This document shows positions 22,238-31,013 of a stretch of 32,000 nucleotides of DNA, piece by piece. The position numbers and the translations under genes were made by a program. Numbering within the stretch: position 1 is the stretch's first letter; every line of letters begins with the position of its first letter. Below the pieces are notes generated by a model. The model did not search any database, had not been told where the DNA came from, and saw nothing but the letters and a program-made list of their open reading frames with translations. Origin of the DNA: Candidatus Nitrospira inopinata (GTDB taxonomy: Bacteria; Nitrospirota; Nitrospiria; Nitrospirales; Nitrospiraceae); NCBI RefSeq assembly GCF_001458695.1, contig NZ_LN885086.1, forward strand, positions 1,950,001 to 1,982,000, read 5' to 3'.

Positions 22238-25200
22238 GTGAGGATTGAACGAAGATTCACCCATCGCGGTCGGAGTCCCTACGACGGAATCACGTTTGTC
22301 AAACGGTCGTCCGAGATTCGCAATCCGGACGGATCCGTCGTATTCAAGCTCGACAACATCGACGTGCCGGAGCAATGGTCTCAATTGGCCGTCGATATTT
22401 TGGCTCAGAAATACTTCCGAAAAGCGGGGGTTCCTCAGTGTGATCAGCAGGGGCAAACGCTGACGGGACCGGATGGGAAGCCCCTGTTGGGCGGGGAACG
22501 CGACGCGCGCCAAGTCTTCGAGCGAATGGCCGGATGTTGGACGCACTGGGGAAAGTCCTACGGCTACTTCACAACGCCGGAGGACGCCGAGGCTTTCCAC
22601 GATGAAATGTGTTACATGCTGGCGCGGCAGATGGCCGCCCCGAACTCCCCGCAGTGGTTCAACACGGGCCTCCATTACGCGTATGGTTTGTCGGGCCCCG
22701 CGCAGGGGCACTATTATGTCGATCCCGCCACCCGCGAGGTCGTCAAGGCGACGAACGCGTTCGAGCATCCCCAACCCCATGCCTGTTTCATTCAGTCGAT
22801 CGAAGACGATCTGGTCAATGAGAACGGGATCATGGACCTTTGGGTCCGTGAGGCGCGGCTGTTCAAGTACGGCTCCGGGACCGGCACCAACTTCTCCAAA
22901 CTGCGAGGCGAGGGGGAGGGACTGTCCGGCGGAGGCAAGTCGTCGGGCCTCATGTCTTTTCTCAAGATCGGCGATCGGGCCGCCGGCGCGATTAAATCGG
23001 GCGGAACGACCAGGCGCGCCGCCAAGATGGTCTGTCTGGACCTGGACCATCCCGACATCGAAGAGTTTATCGAGTGGAAGGTCGTTGAGGAACAGAAGGT
23101 CGCGGCGATGGTGACCGGGTCGAAAATTTGCGCGCAACGCCTGAACGGCGTGCTGAAGGCCTGCCACGTCGTCGACGGCCAAGGAGCCTTGAAACTGGAC
23201 CTCGATCCCAAGACGAATCCGATCTTGCGGGAAGCCCTGGCGCAGGCGCGAAGAGACATGGTGCCGGAGGCCTATATCCAGCGGATGTTTTCCTACGCGC
23301 AGCAGGGGTTCACGCACTTCGTCTTTCACGAATACGACACCAACTGGGACGGCAAGGCCTATCAAACCGTGTCGGGACAGAATTCAAACAACAGCGTGCG
23401 AATGCCCAACGAGTTTTTCGCCGCCCTTGACGCCGACGGCGATTGGCATCTCACGCGCCGGATCGACGGCAAGGTCTGCAAAACCCTCAAGGCCCGCGAT
23501 CTGTGGGATCGGATCGCCTGGGCCGCGTGGGTCTGCGCGGATCCCGGCACCCAGTACGATACGACGATCAACGAATGGCACACCTGTCCGGAAGACGGGC
23601 GAATCAATGCGTCGAACCCCTGTTCGGAATACATGTTTTTGGACGACACGGCCTGCAATCTGGCCTCGCTCAACCTGGCGGCGTTTTATACCGTCGATGG
23701 GCGGTTCGAGTTGGAAAACTTCCGGCACGCCGTGCGGCTGTGGACGATCGTGTTGGAAATCAGCGTGTTGATGGCGTCGTTTCCCAGCCGGTCGATCGCG
23801 GAGAAGAGCTATCGGTTCAGAACGCTCGGCTTGGGGTATGCCAATTTGGGCACGGTGTTGATGCGTCAAGGGATTCCCTATGATTCACCCAAGGCCCGCG
23901 CGATCTGCGGCGCCATCAGCGCCATCATGACCGGCGAGGCCTACGGCACGTCGGCGGAAATGGCCGCCGAATTGGGGCCGTTCCCGGGCTACGCGAAGAA
24001 TCGCGATCACATGCTGCGGGTGATCCGCAATCACCGCCGGGCGGCCTACAATGCCCCGCGCGAGGAATATGAGGGACTGACGATCAAACCGACGGGGATT
24101 CAACCGGAGAATTGCCCGCCCGATCTGCTGATCGCCGCCAGACGGGCGTGGGACCGGGCGCTCGAGCTGGGGACGGCCTACGGGTATCGCAACGCGCAAG
24201 TGACGGTCATCGCGCCGACCGGCACGATCGGGTTGGTGATGGATTGCGACACCACCGGGATCGAGCCGGATTTCGCCCTGGTGAAATTTAAGAAATTGGC
24301 CGGCGGCGGGTACTTTAAGATCATCAATCAGAGTTTGCCCCTCGCGCTGTCGACGCTGGGGTACACGGAGGGACAAGTCCAGGACATCGTGCGCTACTGC
24401 GTCGGTGCGCAAACCCTTAAACAGGCGCCGTTCATCAACCATGAATCGTTGCGGTCGAAGGGATTCGACGACGAAGCGCTGGCCCGTGTCGAAAACGGCC
24501 TGGCCCAGGCGTTTGATATCCAGTTTGCCTTTAACAAATTCATGCTGGGGGAGTCCTTTTGCACGGAGAAATTGAGGTTCAGCGAAAGCCAATTGAACAG
24601 CCCCTCCTTCAACATGCTCAAGGCGCTCGGCTTCACGCAGGAAGAAATCGCCGCCGCGAATGATTATTGTTGCGGGACGATGACGGTGGAGGGGGCGCCG
24701 CACTTGAAGGCCGAGCACCTTCCGGTCTTCGACTGCGCCAATCGCTGCGGTCGGATCGGCCGCCGCGCCATCGCCGTCGATGCCCACATCCGCATGATGG
24801 CCGCGGCGCAGCCGTTCATCAGCGGCGCGATCAGCAAGACGATCAACATGCCGCACGACGCCACGGTCGAAGACGTCAAGAACGCCTATCGGCTGGCCTG
24901 GGAAAGCATGGTCAAGGCGGTGGCGATTTATCGGGACGGCTCGAAACTGAGCCAGCCGTTGAGCGCCTCGACCGATAACGGAAAAACGGCGGAGGCTTCG
25001 GGCGCGGTGGAGGCGGTCGCGGAGAAGGTCACCGAGCGCGTGCTGGTCCGATACCTGGCCAAGCGGCGGCCGTTGCCGAGCCGGCGGAACGGCTATACGC
25101 AGAAGGCGATCATCGGCGGTCACAAACTGTATCTCCGAACCGGCGAATATGAGGATGGGACCGTCGGCGAAATCTTCCTCGACATGCACAAGGAAGGGGC

Positions 25201-25765
25201 GGCGTTCCGAAGCCTCATGAATTGCTTCGCCATCGCCATTTCTCTCGGCTTGCAACACGGCGTCCCGCTCGAAGAGTTCGTCGAAGCGTTCGTTTTCACC
25301 AGGTTCGAGCCCAACGGGCCGGTCAAGCTGAACGACCGCATCAAAATGTCGACCTCGATCATCGACTACATTTTCCGGGAGCTGGCGATCACGTATCTGG
25401 ACCGCTACGACCTGGCGCAGGTCAAGGAAGAGGATCTGCGGATGGATTCCATGAAAAAGGACGACATGGATCCCGAATGCGTGGAAGAGGAGGCGGACCT
25501 CAAGACCTTGGCCACCTCCGCGGTCCTCACGGAGCATCTGCCCGTTCGTCGGAACGGGGGGAGAAGCAGAAGTCATGACAATGGGCACAACGTGGCCAGG
25601 CAGGTTGAAATCAAGCGTGAGACCCTGACCCTGACCGAGGTGCAAAGCGCCAAGGTGAAGGGATACGAGGGAGACCCCTGCCCCGAGTGCAAACAGTTCA
25701 CGATGGTCCGCAACGGCACCTGCCTGAAATGCGTCAGTTGCGGCGCCACGAGCGGCTGCTCGTAA
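22238..25765 (+). CDS. nrdJ: Class II adenosylcobalamin-dependent ribonucleotide reductase, long form (about 1175 aa)
   Basis: Taken from ORF 22184..25765. I prefer GTG 22238 because AAGGAGG at 22225-22231 lies 6 nt upstream. The RNR barrel motifs are [43 protein letters not shown] and [10 protein letters not shown]. The C-terminal zinc ribbon is CPECK...CLKCVSCG. Confidence 0.95.
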   Translation: MRIERRFTHRGRSPYDGITFVKRSSEIRNPDGSVVFKLDNIDVPEQWSQLAVDILAQKYFRKAGVPQCDQQGQTLTGPDGKPLLGGERDARQVFERMAGCWTHWGKSYGYFTTPEDAEAFHDEMCYMLARQMAAPNSPQWFNTGLHYAYGLSGPAQGHYYVDPATREVVKATNAFEHPQPHACFIQSIEDDLVNENGIMDLWVREARLFKYGSGTGTNFSKLRGEGEGLSGGGKSSGLMSFLKIGDRAAGAIKSGGTTRRAAKMVCLDLDHPDIEEFIEWKVVEEQKVAAMVTGSKICAQRLNGVLKACHVVDGQGALKLDLDPKTNPILREALAQARRDMVPEAYIQRMFSYAQQGFTHFVFHEYDTNWDGKAYQTVSGQNSNNSVRMPNEFFAALDADGDWHLTRRIDGKVCKTLKARDLWDRIAWAAWVCADPGTQYDTTINEWHTCPEDGRINASNPCSEYMFLDDTACNLASLNLAAFYTVDGRFELENFRHAVRLWTIVLEISVLMASFPSRSIAEKSYRFRTLGLGYANLGTVLMRQGIPYDSPKARAICGAISAIMTGEAYGTSAEMAAELGPFPGYAKNRDHMLRVIRNHRRAAYNAPREEYEGLTIKPTGIQPENCPPDLLIAARRAWDRALELGTAYGYRNAQVTVIAPTGTIGLVMDCDTTGIEPDFALVKFKKLAGGGYFKIINQSLPLALSTLGYTEGQVQDIVRYCVGAQTLKQAPFINHESLRSKGFDDEALARVENGLAQAFDIQFAFNKFMLGESFCTEKLRFSESQLNSPSFNMLKALGFTQEEIAAANDYCCGTMTVEGAPHLKAEHLPVFDCANRCGRIGRRAIAVDAHIRMMAAAQPFISGAISKTINMPHDATVEDVKNAYRLAWESMVKAVAIYRDGSKLSQPLSASTDNGKTAEASGAVEAVAEKVTERVLVRYLAKRRPLPSRRNGYTQKAIIGGHKLYLRTGEYEDGTVGEIFLDMHKEGAAFRSLMNCFAIAISLGLQHGVPLEEFVEAFVFTRFEPNGPVKLNDRIKMSTSIIDYIFRELAITYLDRYDLAQVKEEDLRMDSMKKDDMDPECVEEEADLKTLATSAVLTEHLPVRRNGGRSRSHDNGHNVARQVEIKRETLTLTEVQSAKVKGYEGDPCPECKQFTMVRNGTCLKCVSCGATSGCS

Positions 25766-26062
25766 TGGAGAAAGGGCCGCGCTCTAAGTGGAGCCTCCCG
25801 ACCGGTGAGCATGGCCCTTCCCGCTACCATGCCGCTACACCGATCGAATCATCGGAGAATGGCGCGGGCATCATCTGCACGAATCTGTCTGGCAGCGTGC
25901 CTTCAGGGTAGCCTGACGAACCGGGGCGGTCGGGGAATCCACAGCCCCCGGCTGACCGCCTGTGATAGGACCTGCCAACACCCTGGCAGATAGGGCAGAG
26001 AGCTGTGAAGGTGCGCCGGGAGAGGCTGACCAATCTACTCAATAGTTAGGTGCTTCCCATCA

Positions 26063-26884
26063 ATGAAGACATTTAGTCAACGCAAAGGGTTGAAGCCCGT
26101 CTCAGAGGTCATTCAAGTGACTTGGATGAGCGAGGAACTGCGCAACTCGTTGTGGAATGCGCTGGATACGGCGCTCTGGTCATCCGAAAATTTCGTCTGG
26201 CGCCAGCACGGTGAGCCACATATCGAGCCCTTCAGTAGGTCGTTGTGGTTCCATTACTTCAAGAAACCAATTGATTCGCGTCCCGACCAAAACGACGAGA
26301 TCCTCGGTGAGATTCGCAGATACTTCTTTGCCTGTGAATGGTACGAGGTCTACGATTTTCTTGAGTTTGTAGTCGCAGACTTTGCCCGTTCAAAACCGAG
26401 ATTGGCCGAGTATCTAAACTCGATCCTCGGGAGAGACCTTTCCGGCTATCGCTTTATTTCGGGGACGCTGGTTGATATCACGAACGAACAGGAAGTCCAA
26501 CTCCTCGACGAGGCGCTTGCGGACACGCGTTTTGTGGGTGTGTCCGCTCACCTCAAGCGCTCTCTAGAACTACTCGCCGATCGAGATAATCCTGATTATC
26601 GCAATTCAATCAAGGAATCTATCTCTGCGGTTGAGAGTATGGCTCGAATCATGACGGACAACTCCAAAGCGACTCTCGCTGATGCGCTTAAGGTGCTCGA
26701 AAAGAGTGGTCGCCTACATCCCGCTCTAAAGGAGGGATTTCTTAGGCTTTACGGGTACACGAGCGATGAGCAAGGCATCCGTCATGCGATGCTGGATGAA
26801 CCGAACTTGACTTCCGCCGACGCCAAATTTTTTCTCTTGTCGTGCACCTCGTTTGTTAACTACCTTAAGTCACAGGTGCCGTGA
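26063..26884 (+). CDS. AbiJ-N-terminal-domain (NTD4-like) protein with C-terminal HEPN-like domain, 273 aa
   Basis: The N-terminus MKTFSQRKGLKPVSEVIQVTWMSEELRNSLWNAL matches my memory of AbiJ-NTD4 proteins. The C-terminal helical domain carries YRNSIKESISAVESMAR and LYGYTSDEQGIRHAM (Arg/His dyad). G+C is much lower than in nrdJ. Confidence 0.6.
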   Translation: MKTFSQRKGLKPVSEVIQVTWMSEELRNSLWNALDTALWSSENFVWRQHGEPHIEPFSRSLWFHYFKKPIDSRPDQNDEILGEIRRYFFACEWYEVYDFLEFVVADFARSKPRLAEYLNSILGRDLSGYRFISGTLVDITNEQEVQLLDEALADTRFVGVSAHLKRSLELLADRDNPDYRNSIKESISAVESMARIMTDNSKATLADALKVLEKSGRLHPALKEGFLRLYGYTSDEQGIRHAMLDEPNLTSADAKFFLLSCTSFVNYLKSQVP

Positions 26885-26992
26885 ACGCACCTAACCTCTG
26901 CGTGCAGCGGACGCGTGTGAAGCAGCGTTGTGCTTTGCCAGCATCGTGCCCGCGCGCCGCTGACGCAGGTCGTTAGAGTGCAGGAAAAACAC

Positions 26993-27337
26993 ATGGCGAT
27001 ACCTACATACAAAGACATTGTCGAGTTGATAAAGAAAGGTGCCACCGTTGAGGCACAAGAAAGAATCATGGAGCTTCGTGAAGCTGTCCTTGAGCTTCAA
27101 GAAGAGAATGTCGCCTTGAAGCAAAAGAACCGGGAGTTGGAAGAAGCGCTAAAACTGAAGGGCGAACTCCACTTCGATGGGGCAGTGTATTGGCAAAACG
27201 AGAACAACAATCGTGTAGGGCCGTTTTGCCCCCAGTGCCTCGATGTCGATGAAAATCTGGTTCGGCTCCAGAATTACAATGATGCGTGGTATTGCACCAA
27301 GCACCGACAACCATACAATAAACAGTCAGGCCGGTAG
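26993..27337 (+). CDS. Hypothetical coiled-coil + C-terminal zinc-ribbon-like protein (114 aa)
   Basis: Taken from ORF 26930..27337, with the start at ATG 26993 (AGGAAA upstream). The heptad helix is EAQERIMELREAVLELQEENVALKQKNRELEEALKLK. The C-terminus carries CPQC...(18 aa)...CTKH. Confidence 0.6.
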   Translation: MAIPTYKDIVELIKKGATVEAQERIMELREAVLELQEENVALKQKNRELEEALKLKGELHFDGAVYWQNENNNRVGPFCPQCLDVDENLVRLQNYNDAWYCTKHRQPYNKQSGR

Positions 27338-27451
27338 CGCATGCACTCTAACTCGTTGTTCGTTCCGAGGCCAGAGACAGCGCGCCATGTTTCCTGTTGT
27401 TTCTGTGGCCGGCGCGGCACAACAACACGTTAGGCCACATGAAGAGCACCC

Positions 27452-27871
27452 ATGACGCGCTACGATCCTCTGACGAAAGAAGAACGAAGTGAGCGCATGT
27501 CGCGCGTTCGTAGCATCGACTCCAAACCGGAGTTGGTGGTACGCTGCCTTGTCCACAGCATGGGATACCGATACCGGTTGCACTCCGGCCGCCTACCCGG
27601 AAATCCGGATCTCAGCTTTAGTTCCAGGCGCAAGGTCATCTTCGTGCACGGGTGTTTCTGGCATCAGCACGGCTGCCGGAAGTATCGGATGCCAAGAACG
27701 CGAAAAGACTTCTGGGAGCCAAAACTTGAGAGAAACAAAGTGCGTGATCGTAAGGTCAGGGCGGAATTGCGAGCGATGGGGTGGCAAGCGATGGTGATCT
27801 GGGAATGTCAGACAAAGAACCAAGATAGACTGCAGCATCGACTCGTCGCTTTTCTGGAGCGTTCACGATGA
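27452..27871 (+). CDS. vsr: Very-short-patch repair endonuclease Vsr
   Basis: RSERMSRVRSIDSKPE, LPGNPDLSF, IFVHGCFWHQHGC, FWEPKLERNKVRD and VIWECQ are collinear with E. coli Vsr. Confidence 0.93.
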   Translation: MTRYDPLTKEERSERMSRVRSIDSKPELVVRCLVHSMGYRYRLHSGRLPGNPDLSFSSRRKVIFVHGCFWHQHGCRKYRMPRTRKDFWEPKLERNKVRDRKVRAELRAMGWQAMVIWECQTKNQDRLQHRLVAFLERSR

Positions 27872-29070
27872 GACAAGTGCGATCCGTCGAACTCTTTACA
27901 GGGGCCGGGGGACTTGCCCTAGGCCTCGAGAAGGCTGGTTTCCGTCACGATGCCTTGATCGAAGTTGACGAGCATGCCTGTTCGACTATCCATTTGAACG
28001 AATCCTTGGGACACCCGCTAGCCAAGGGATGGCGATTGTTCGCCGAGGACGTTCGCGGTGTTCAATACGAGAACGTGGTCAAGGGCGTGGATGTAAATAT
28101 GGTCGCTGGGGGACCCCCATGCCAGCCCTTTTCGCTTGGCGGCAAGCATCGCGCCTTTAAGGACCGGCGGGACATGTTCCCCGAAGCCGTGCGAGCAGTG
28201 AGAGAGTTGCGGCCACGTTGCTTCCTGTTTGAGAACGTCAAGGGCTTGCTGAGGCAGAGCTTCGCTACCTACTTCAACTACGTCATTCTGCAGTTATCCT
28301 ATCCAACCCTATCCAGGAGAGAGAATGAGAGTTGGGAGTCCCATCTCTCGCGGCTAGAGCGATGGCATACAAGTGGCAGGAGTAGTGAACTGTTCTACCG
28401 CGTGGTTTATCGGCTGCTGAATGCGGCGGACTATGGTGTGCCGCAGAACCGGCATCGCGTCTTTATCGTAGGCTTCCGGTCTGACCTCGAATGCGAGTGG
28501 TCGTTCCCCAAGCCGACGCACAGCATTGAGCGCCTCCTGTGGGCACAGTGGGTTGACGGACGATACTGGGACGAACACGAGGTTTCCAAGAAGGCCCGGC
28601 CGCCAATGCCGCCGCGTTTCCGGTCCCGCGTTGATCGACTTGCTTCGGATTATGGTTTGTTCGAGCCGCCAGGCCTCCGGTGCCGCACCGTGCGCGATGC
28701 GCTGAAGGGGTTACCTGATCCAAGAGACAAGCGTCACGCTGTCCCCAATCACGAATTTCGGGATGGCGCGCGCCCGTATCCCGGCCACACTGGAAGCGCG
28801 CTGGACGAGCCCGCGAAGGCGCTGAAGGCCGGTGATCACGGCGTGCCTGGGGGAGAAAACATGGTCGCCCTGCCGGACGGCGGCTGCAGGTACTTCACCG
28901 TTCGCGAGAGCGCGAGATTGCAGACATTTCCGGATGACTACCTCTTTAGCGGTTCGTGGACCGAGGCGATGCGCCAAGTTGGGAACGCTGTCCCTGTCGA
29001 ACTTGCCGCCGCAGTCGGGCAGAGCGTCATGGCCCAGCTTCGAGCAAGGAGCGCCGATGCCTCCCGATAG
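27868..29070 (+). CDS. dcm: DNA (cytosine-5)-methyltransferase
   Basis: Motif I is ELFTGAGGLALG, IV is GGPPCQPFS, VI is ENVKGL, VIII is QNRHRVFIVG and X is GNAVPVELA. ATGA overlap with vsr. Confidence 0.95.
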   Translation: MRQVRSVELFTGAGGLALGLEKAGFRHDALIEVDEHACSTIHLNESLGHPLAKGWRLFAEDVRGVQYENVVKGVDVNMVAGGPPCQPFSLGGKHRAFKDRRDMFPEAVRAVRELRPRCFLFENVKGLLRQSFATYFNYVILQLSYPTLSRRENESWESHLSRLERWHTSGRSSELFYRVVYRLLNAADYGVPQNRHRVFIVGFRSDLECEWSFPKPTHSIERLLWAQWVDGRYWDEHEVSKKARPPMPPRFRSRVDRLASDYGLFEPPGLRCRTVRDALKGLPDPRDKRHAVPNHEFRDGARPYPGHTGSALDEPAKALKAGDHGVPGGENMVALPDGGCRYFTVRESARLQTFPDDYLFSGSWTEAMRQVGNAVPVELAAAVGQSVMAQLRARSADASR

Positions 29071-29737
29071 GCCGAAACGAATCCAGCCTTTCAATCCGCT
29101 CGACAAGACGAATCTCGGTGAGAGTGTCGCTGGGGCACTTCTGCAGCAACCGGCGGGCCCGCTTCCGCCTGCGGAGCCATTCATTGGCGCCGGCGTCTAT
29201 GCCATCTATTACGACGGACCGTTTCCCTTGTATAAGGACATTGCGGAGCTTAATCGGAATGGCCGTTTTGGTTGGCCTATTTACGTTGGCAAGGCGGTAC
29301 CAGCCGGTGCGCGGAAGGGCGGATATGGTCTTGGAGCCGATCCGGGCCAAGCTTTGTTCAAACGCCTAGCCGAGCATGCCAGCTCGATTGAGCAGGCCAA
29401 CGATCTCGAAAGCGAGCATTTCAAGTGCCGATTCTTGGTTGTGGATGACATATGGATTCCGCTCGCGGAGTCGCTACTAATCGAAATGTTCTCGCCGTTG
29501 TGGAACAAGAGGATCGATGGCTTCGGCAATCATGATCCGGGCAAAGGGCGGTACAACCAACAGCGCTCTCTGTGGGACGAACTTCATCCGGGTAGGGCTT
29601 GGGCTGCCAAACTGAAGCCCCTTGAAGGCAATTTGCCTTCAGTTCGAGAGGGCGTTGCGGAGTATCTCACAAAAGCAAAGGCCGCGATTGTGGCCCAACA
29701 ACGCGCTGCAGCCGACACCGCAAAGCGGCGCGGCTGA
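29057..29737 (+). CDS. GIY-YIG restriction endonuclease, Eco29kI-like (226 aa)
   Basis: Taken from ORF 28832..29737, with the start at ATG 29057 (CAAGGAG at 29045-29051). It overlaps dcm by 14 nt. GVYAIYY...(about 25 aa)...PIYVGKA gives the GIY-YIG halves, followed by RLAEH, ESLLIEMF and GFGNHDPGKGR. The family call is from memory. Confidence 0.7.
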   Translation: MPPDRPKRIQPFNPLDKTNLGESVAGALLQQPAGPLPPAEPFIGAGVYAIYYDGPFPLYKDIAELNRNGRFGWPIYVGKAVPAGARKGGYGLGADPGQALFKRLAEHASSIEQANDLESEHFKCRFLVVDDIWIPLAESLLIEMFSPLWNKRIDGFGNHDPGKGRYNQQRSLWDELHPGRAWAAKLKPLEGNLPSVREGVAEYLTKAKAAIVAQQRAAADTAKRRG

Positions 29738-29776
29738 GCGCGAACGTTAGACGTCAAGGAGATCAGGAGGACGCAA

Positions 29777-29971
29777 GTGGACCCACTTACCGACGACCAG
29801 ATCCTACAGATGTTCCGAGACTTCGGCCTTGGATCCGAGGGTGAGCGCCGCCGCTTTCTCTCTGAAGCTCAGCTTGAGACCATGGCTGGCGCGCCGGGGC
29901 GCGCCCAGGTCTTCATTCGTGTTGAGTCGACTACGAGTCCGCGAGAGGGACGCCATGCCGAGTTGGCATAG
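29777..29971 (+). CDS. Small hypothetical protein (64 aa) coupled to the downstream protease
   Basis: GTG 29777 has AGGAGG (29765-29770) 6 nt upstream. The gene overlaps the protease start by 17 nt. I recognise no motif. Confidence 0.55.
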   Translation: MDPLTDDQILQMFRDFGLGSEGERRRFLSEAQLETMAGAPGRAQVFIRVESTTSPREGRHAELA

Positions 29972-30902
29972 CATCCTCGAAGACATTCGCAGGCGAGGTA
30001 GCATTCACGACGTCATCCGTCGTGAGTACCTGGCGAAGCTTCACGAGGTCACAGGCCGAAACGTGATCGTGTACTACTCCGGCTGGCTCCAGAAGCCCGG
30101 CCTCCCAGGTGTTCACGTCAATGACGCAGACAAGAACGGTTTCATGACGGCGATCCACCAGCTTGATCGGTCGAAGGGACTTGATTTGCTCTTGCACACG
30201 CCGGGCGGGGAGACCGCCGCCACCGAGTCATTAGTGGACTACCTGTATTCGATGTTCGGACCGAATATACGTGCGATCGTGCCGCAGATCGCTCTCTCCG
30301 CCGGGACAATGATCGCGTGCGCTACACGCGAGATTCTCATGGGCAGGCACTCAAGCCTGGGGCCAATCGATCCACAGTTCGGCCCAACGCCAGCTCACGG
30401 AATTATCGAAGAGTTCAAGCGAGCCCATGCGGAGATCAAGGCCGATCCGTCGAAGATCCACGTCTGGCAGCCGATTATTGCGAAGTACGCGCCGACGCTC
30501 ATCGGCGAATGCGAAAAGGCGATCAAGTGGTCTATCGACATGACGCGGGACTGGCTTCTTCGCGTGATGCTCGCCGACGAGCCCGATGCTAAGGCGAAGG
30601 CAGACGCGATCCTGGCAGAACTCGCGGATCACGCACTAACGCTGTCGCATGCGAGGCACCTGTCGGCGGAGAAGTGCAAGGCGCTCGGCCTGAAGATCAC
30701 TATGTTGGAAAGTGACCAGAGATTGCAGGAGGCGGTCCTATCGGTCCACCATGCTCTGATTCACACTCTCGGGGCGACAGGTGCCTTCAAGATCATCGAG
30801 AACCACCTCGGCGTTGCGTTCATTCAGATGGCGCAGACTGTCATCATGCACGGGCCAGCGGGGCAGCCGCCGGTCGCTGAGCTCGCGCCGCATGACGTCT
30901 AA
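29955..30902 (+). CDS. SDH-family (serine dehydrogenase proteinase, PF01972-like) Clp/SppA-fold serine protease, 315 aa
   Basis: Taken from ORF 29829..30902, with the start at ATG 29955 (MPSWHSILEDI...). VIVYYSGW, LDLLLHTPGGETAA, ALSAGTMIACA (nucleophile Ser) and LGPIDPQ are collinear with the ClpP/SppA fold. Confidence 0.8.
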   Translation: MPSWHSILEDIRRRGSIHDVIRREYLAKLHEVTGRNVIVYYSGWLQKPGLPGVHVNDADKNGFMTAIHQLDRSKGLDLLLHTPGGETAATESLVDYLYSMFGPNIRAIVPQIALSAGTMIACATREILMGRHSSLGPIDPQFGPTPAHGIIEEFKRAHAEIKADPSKIHVWQPIIAKYAPTLIGECEKAIKWSIDMTRDWLLRVMLADEPDAKAKADAILAELADHALTLSHARHLSAEKCKALGLKITMLESDQRLQEAVLSVHHALIHTLGATGAFKIIENHLGVAFIQMAQTVIMHGPAGQPPVAELAPHDV

Positions 30903-31013
30903 CATGCCGTTCGACCCGACGAGCGCCCTTCCTCGCCTTCGGCTCGGTCGGCCGCTCGCGGGTCAACGCCGGCGTTAGGCATCAACCGCCGCATTACACG
31001 CAGGAGTTTGTCC

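Noticed and set aside
22238-25765. Intein or gene fusion as the explanation for the 1175-aa NrdJ
   Set aside because: I saw no Cys/Ser-...-His-Asn-Cys splice-junction blocks or homing-endonuclease motifs. The length and the C-terminal CxxC...CxxC ribbon fit the known long monomeric class II RNR form.
25766-26062. att site, tRNA or terminator at the left edge of the island
   Set aside because: I found no tRNA-like T-arm and no repeat shared with 30903-31013. The only pairing (AAGGGCC...GGCCCTT) has a ~34-nt loop and no U-tract.
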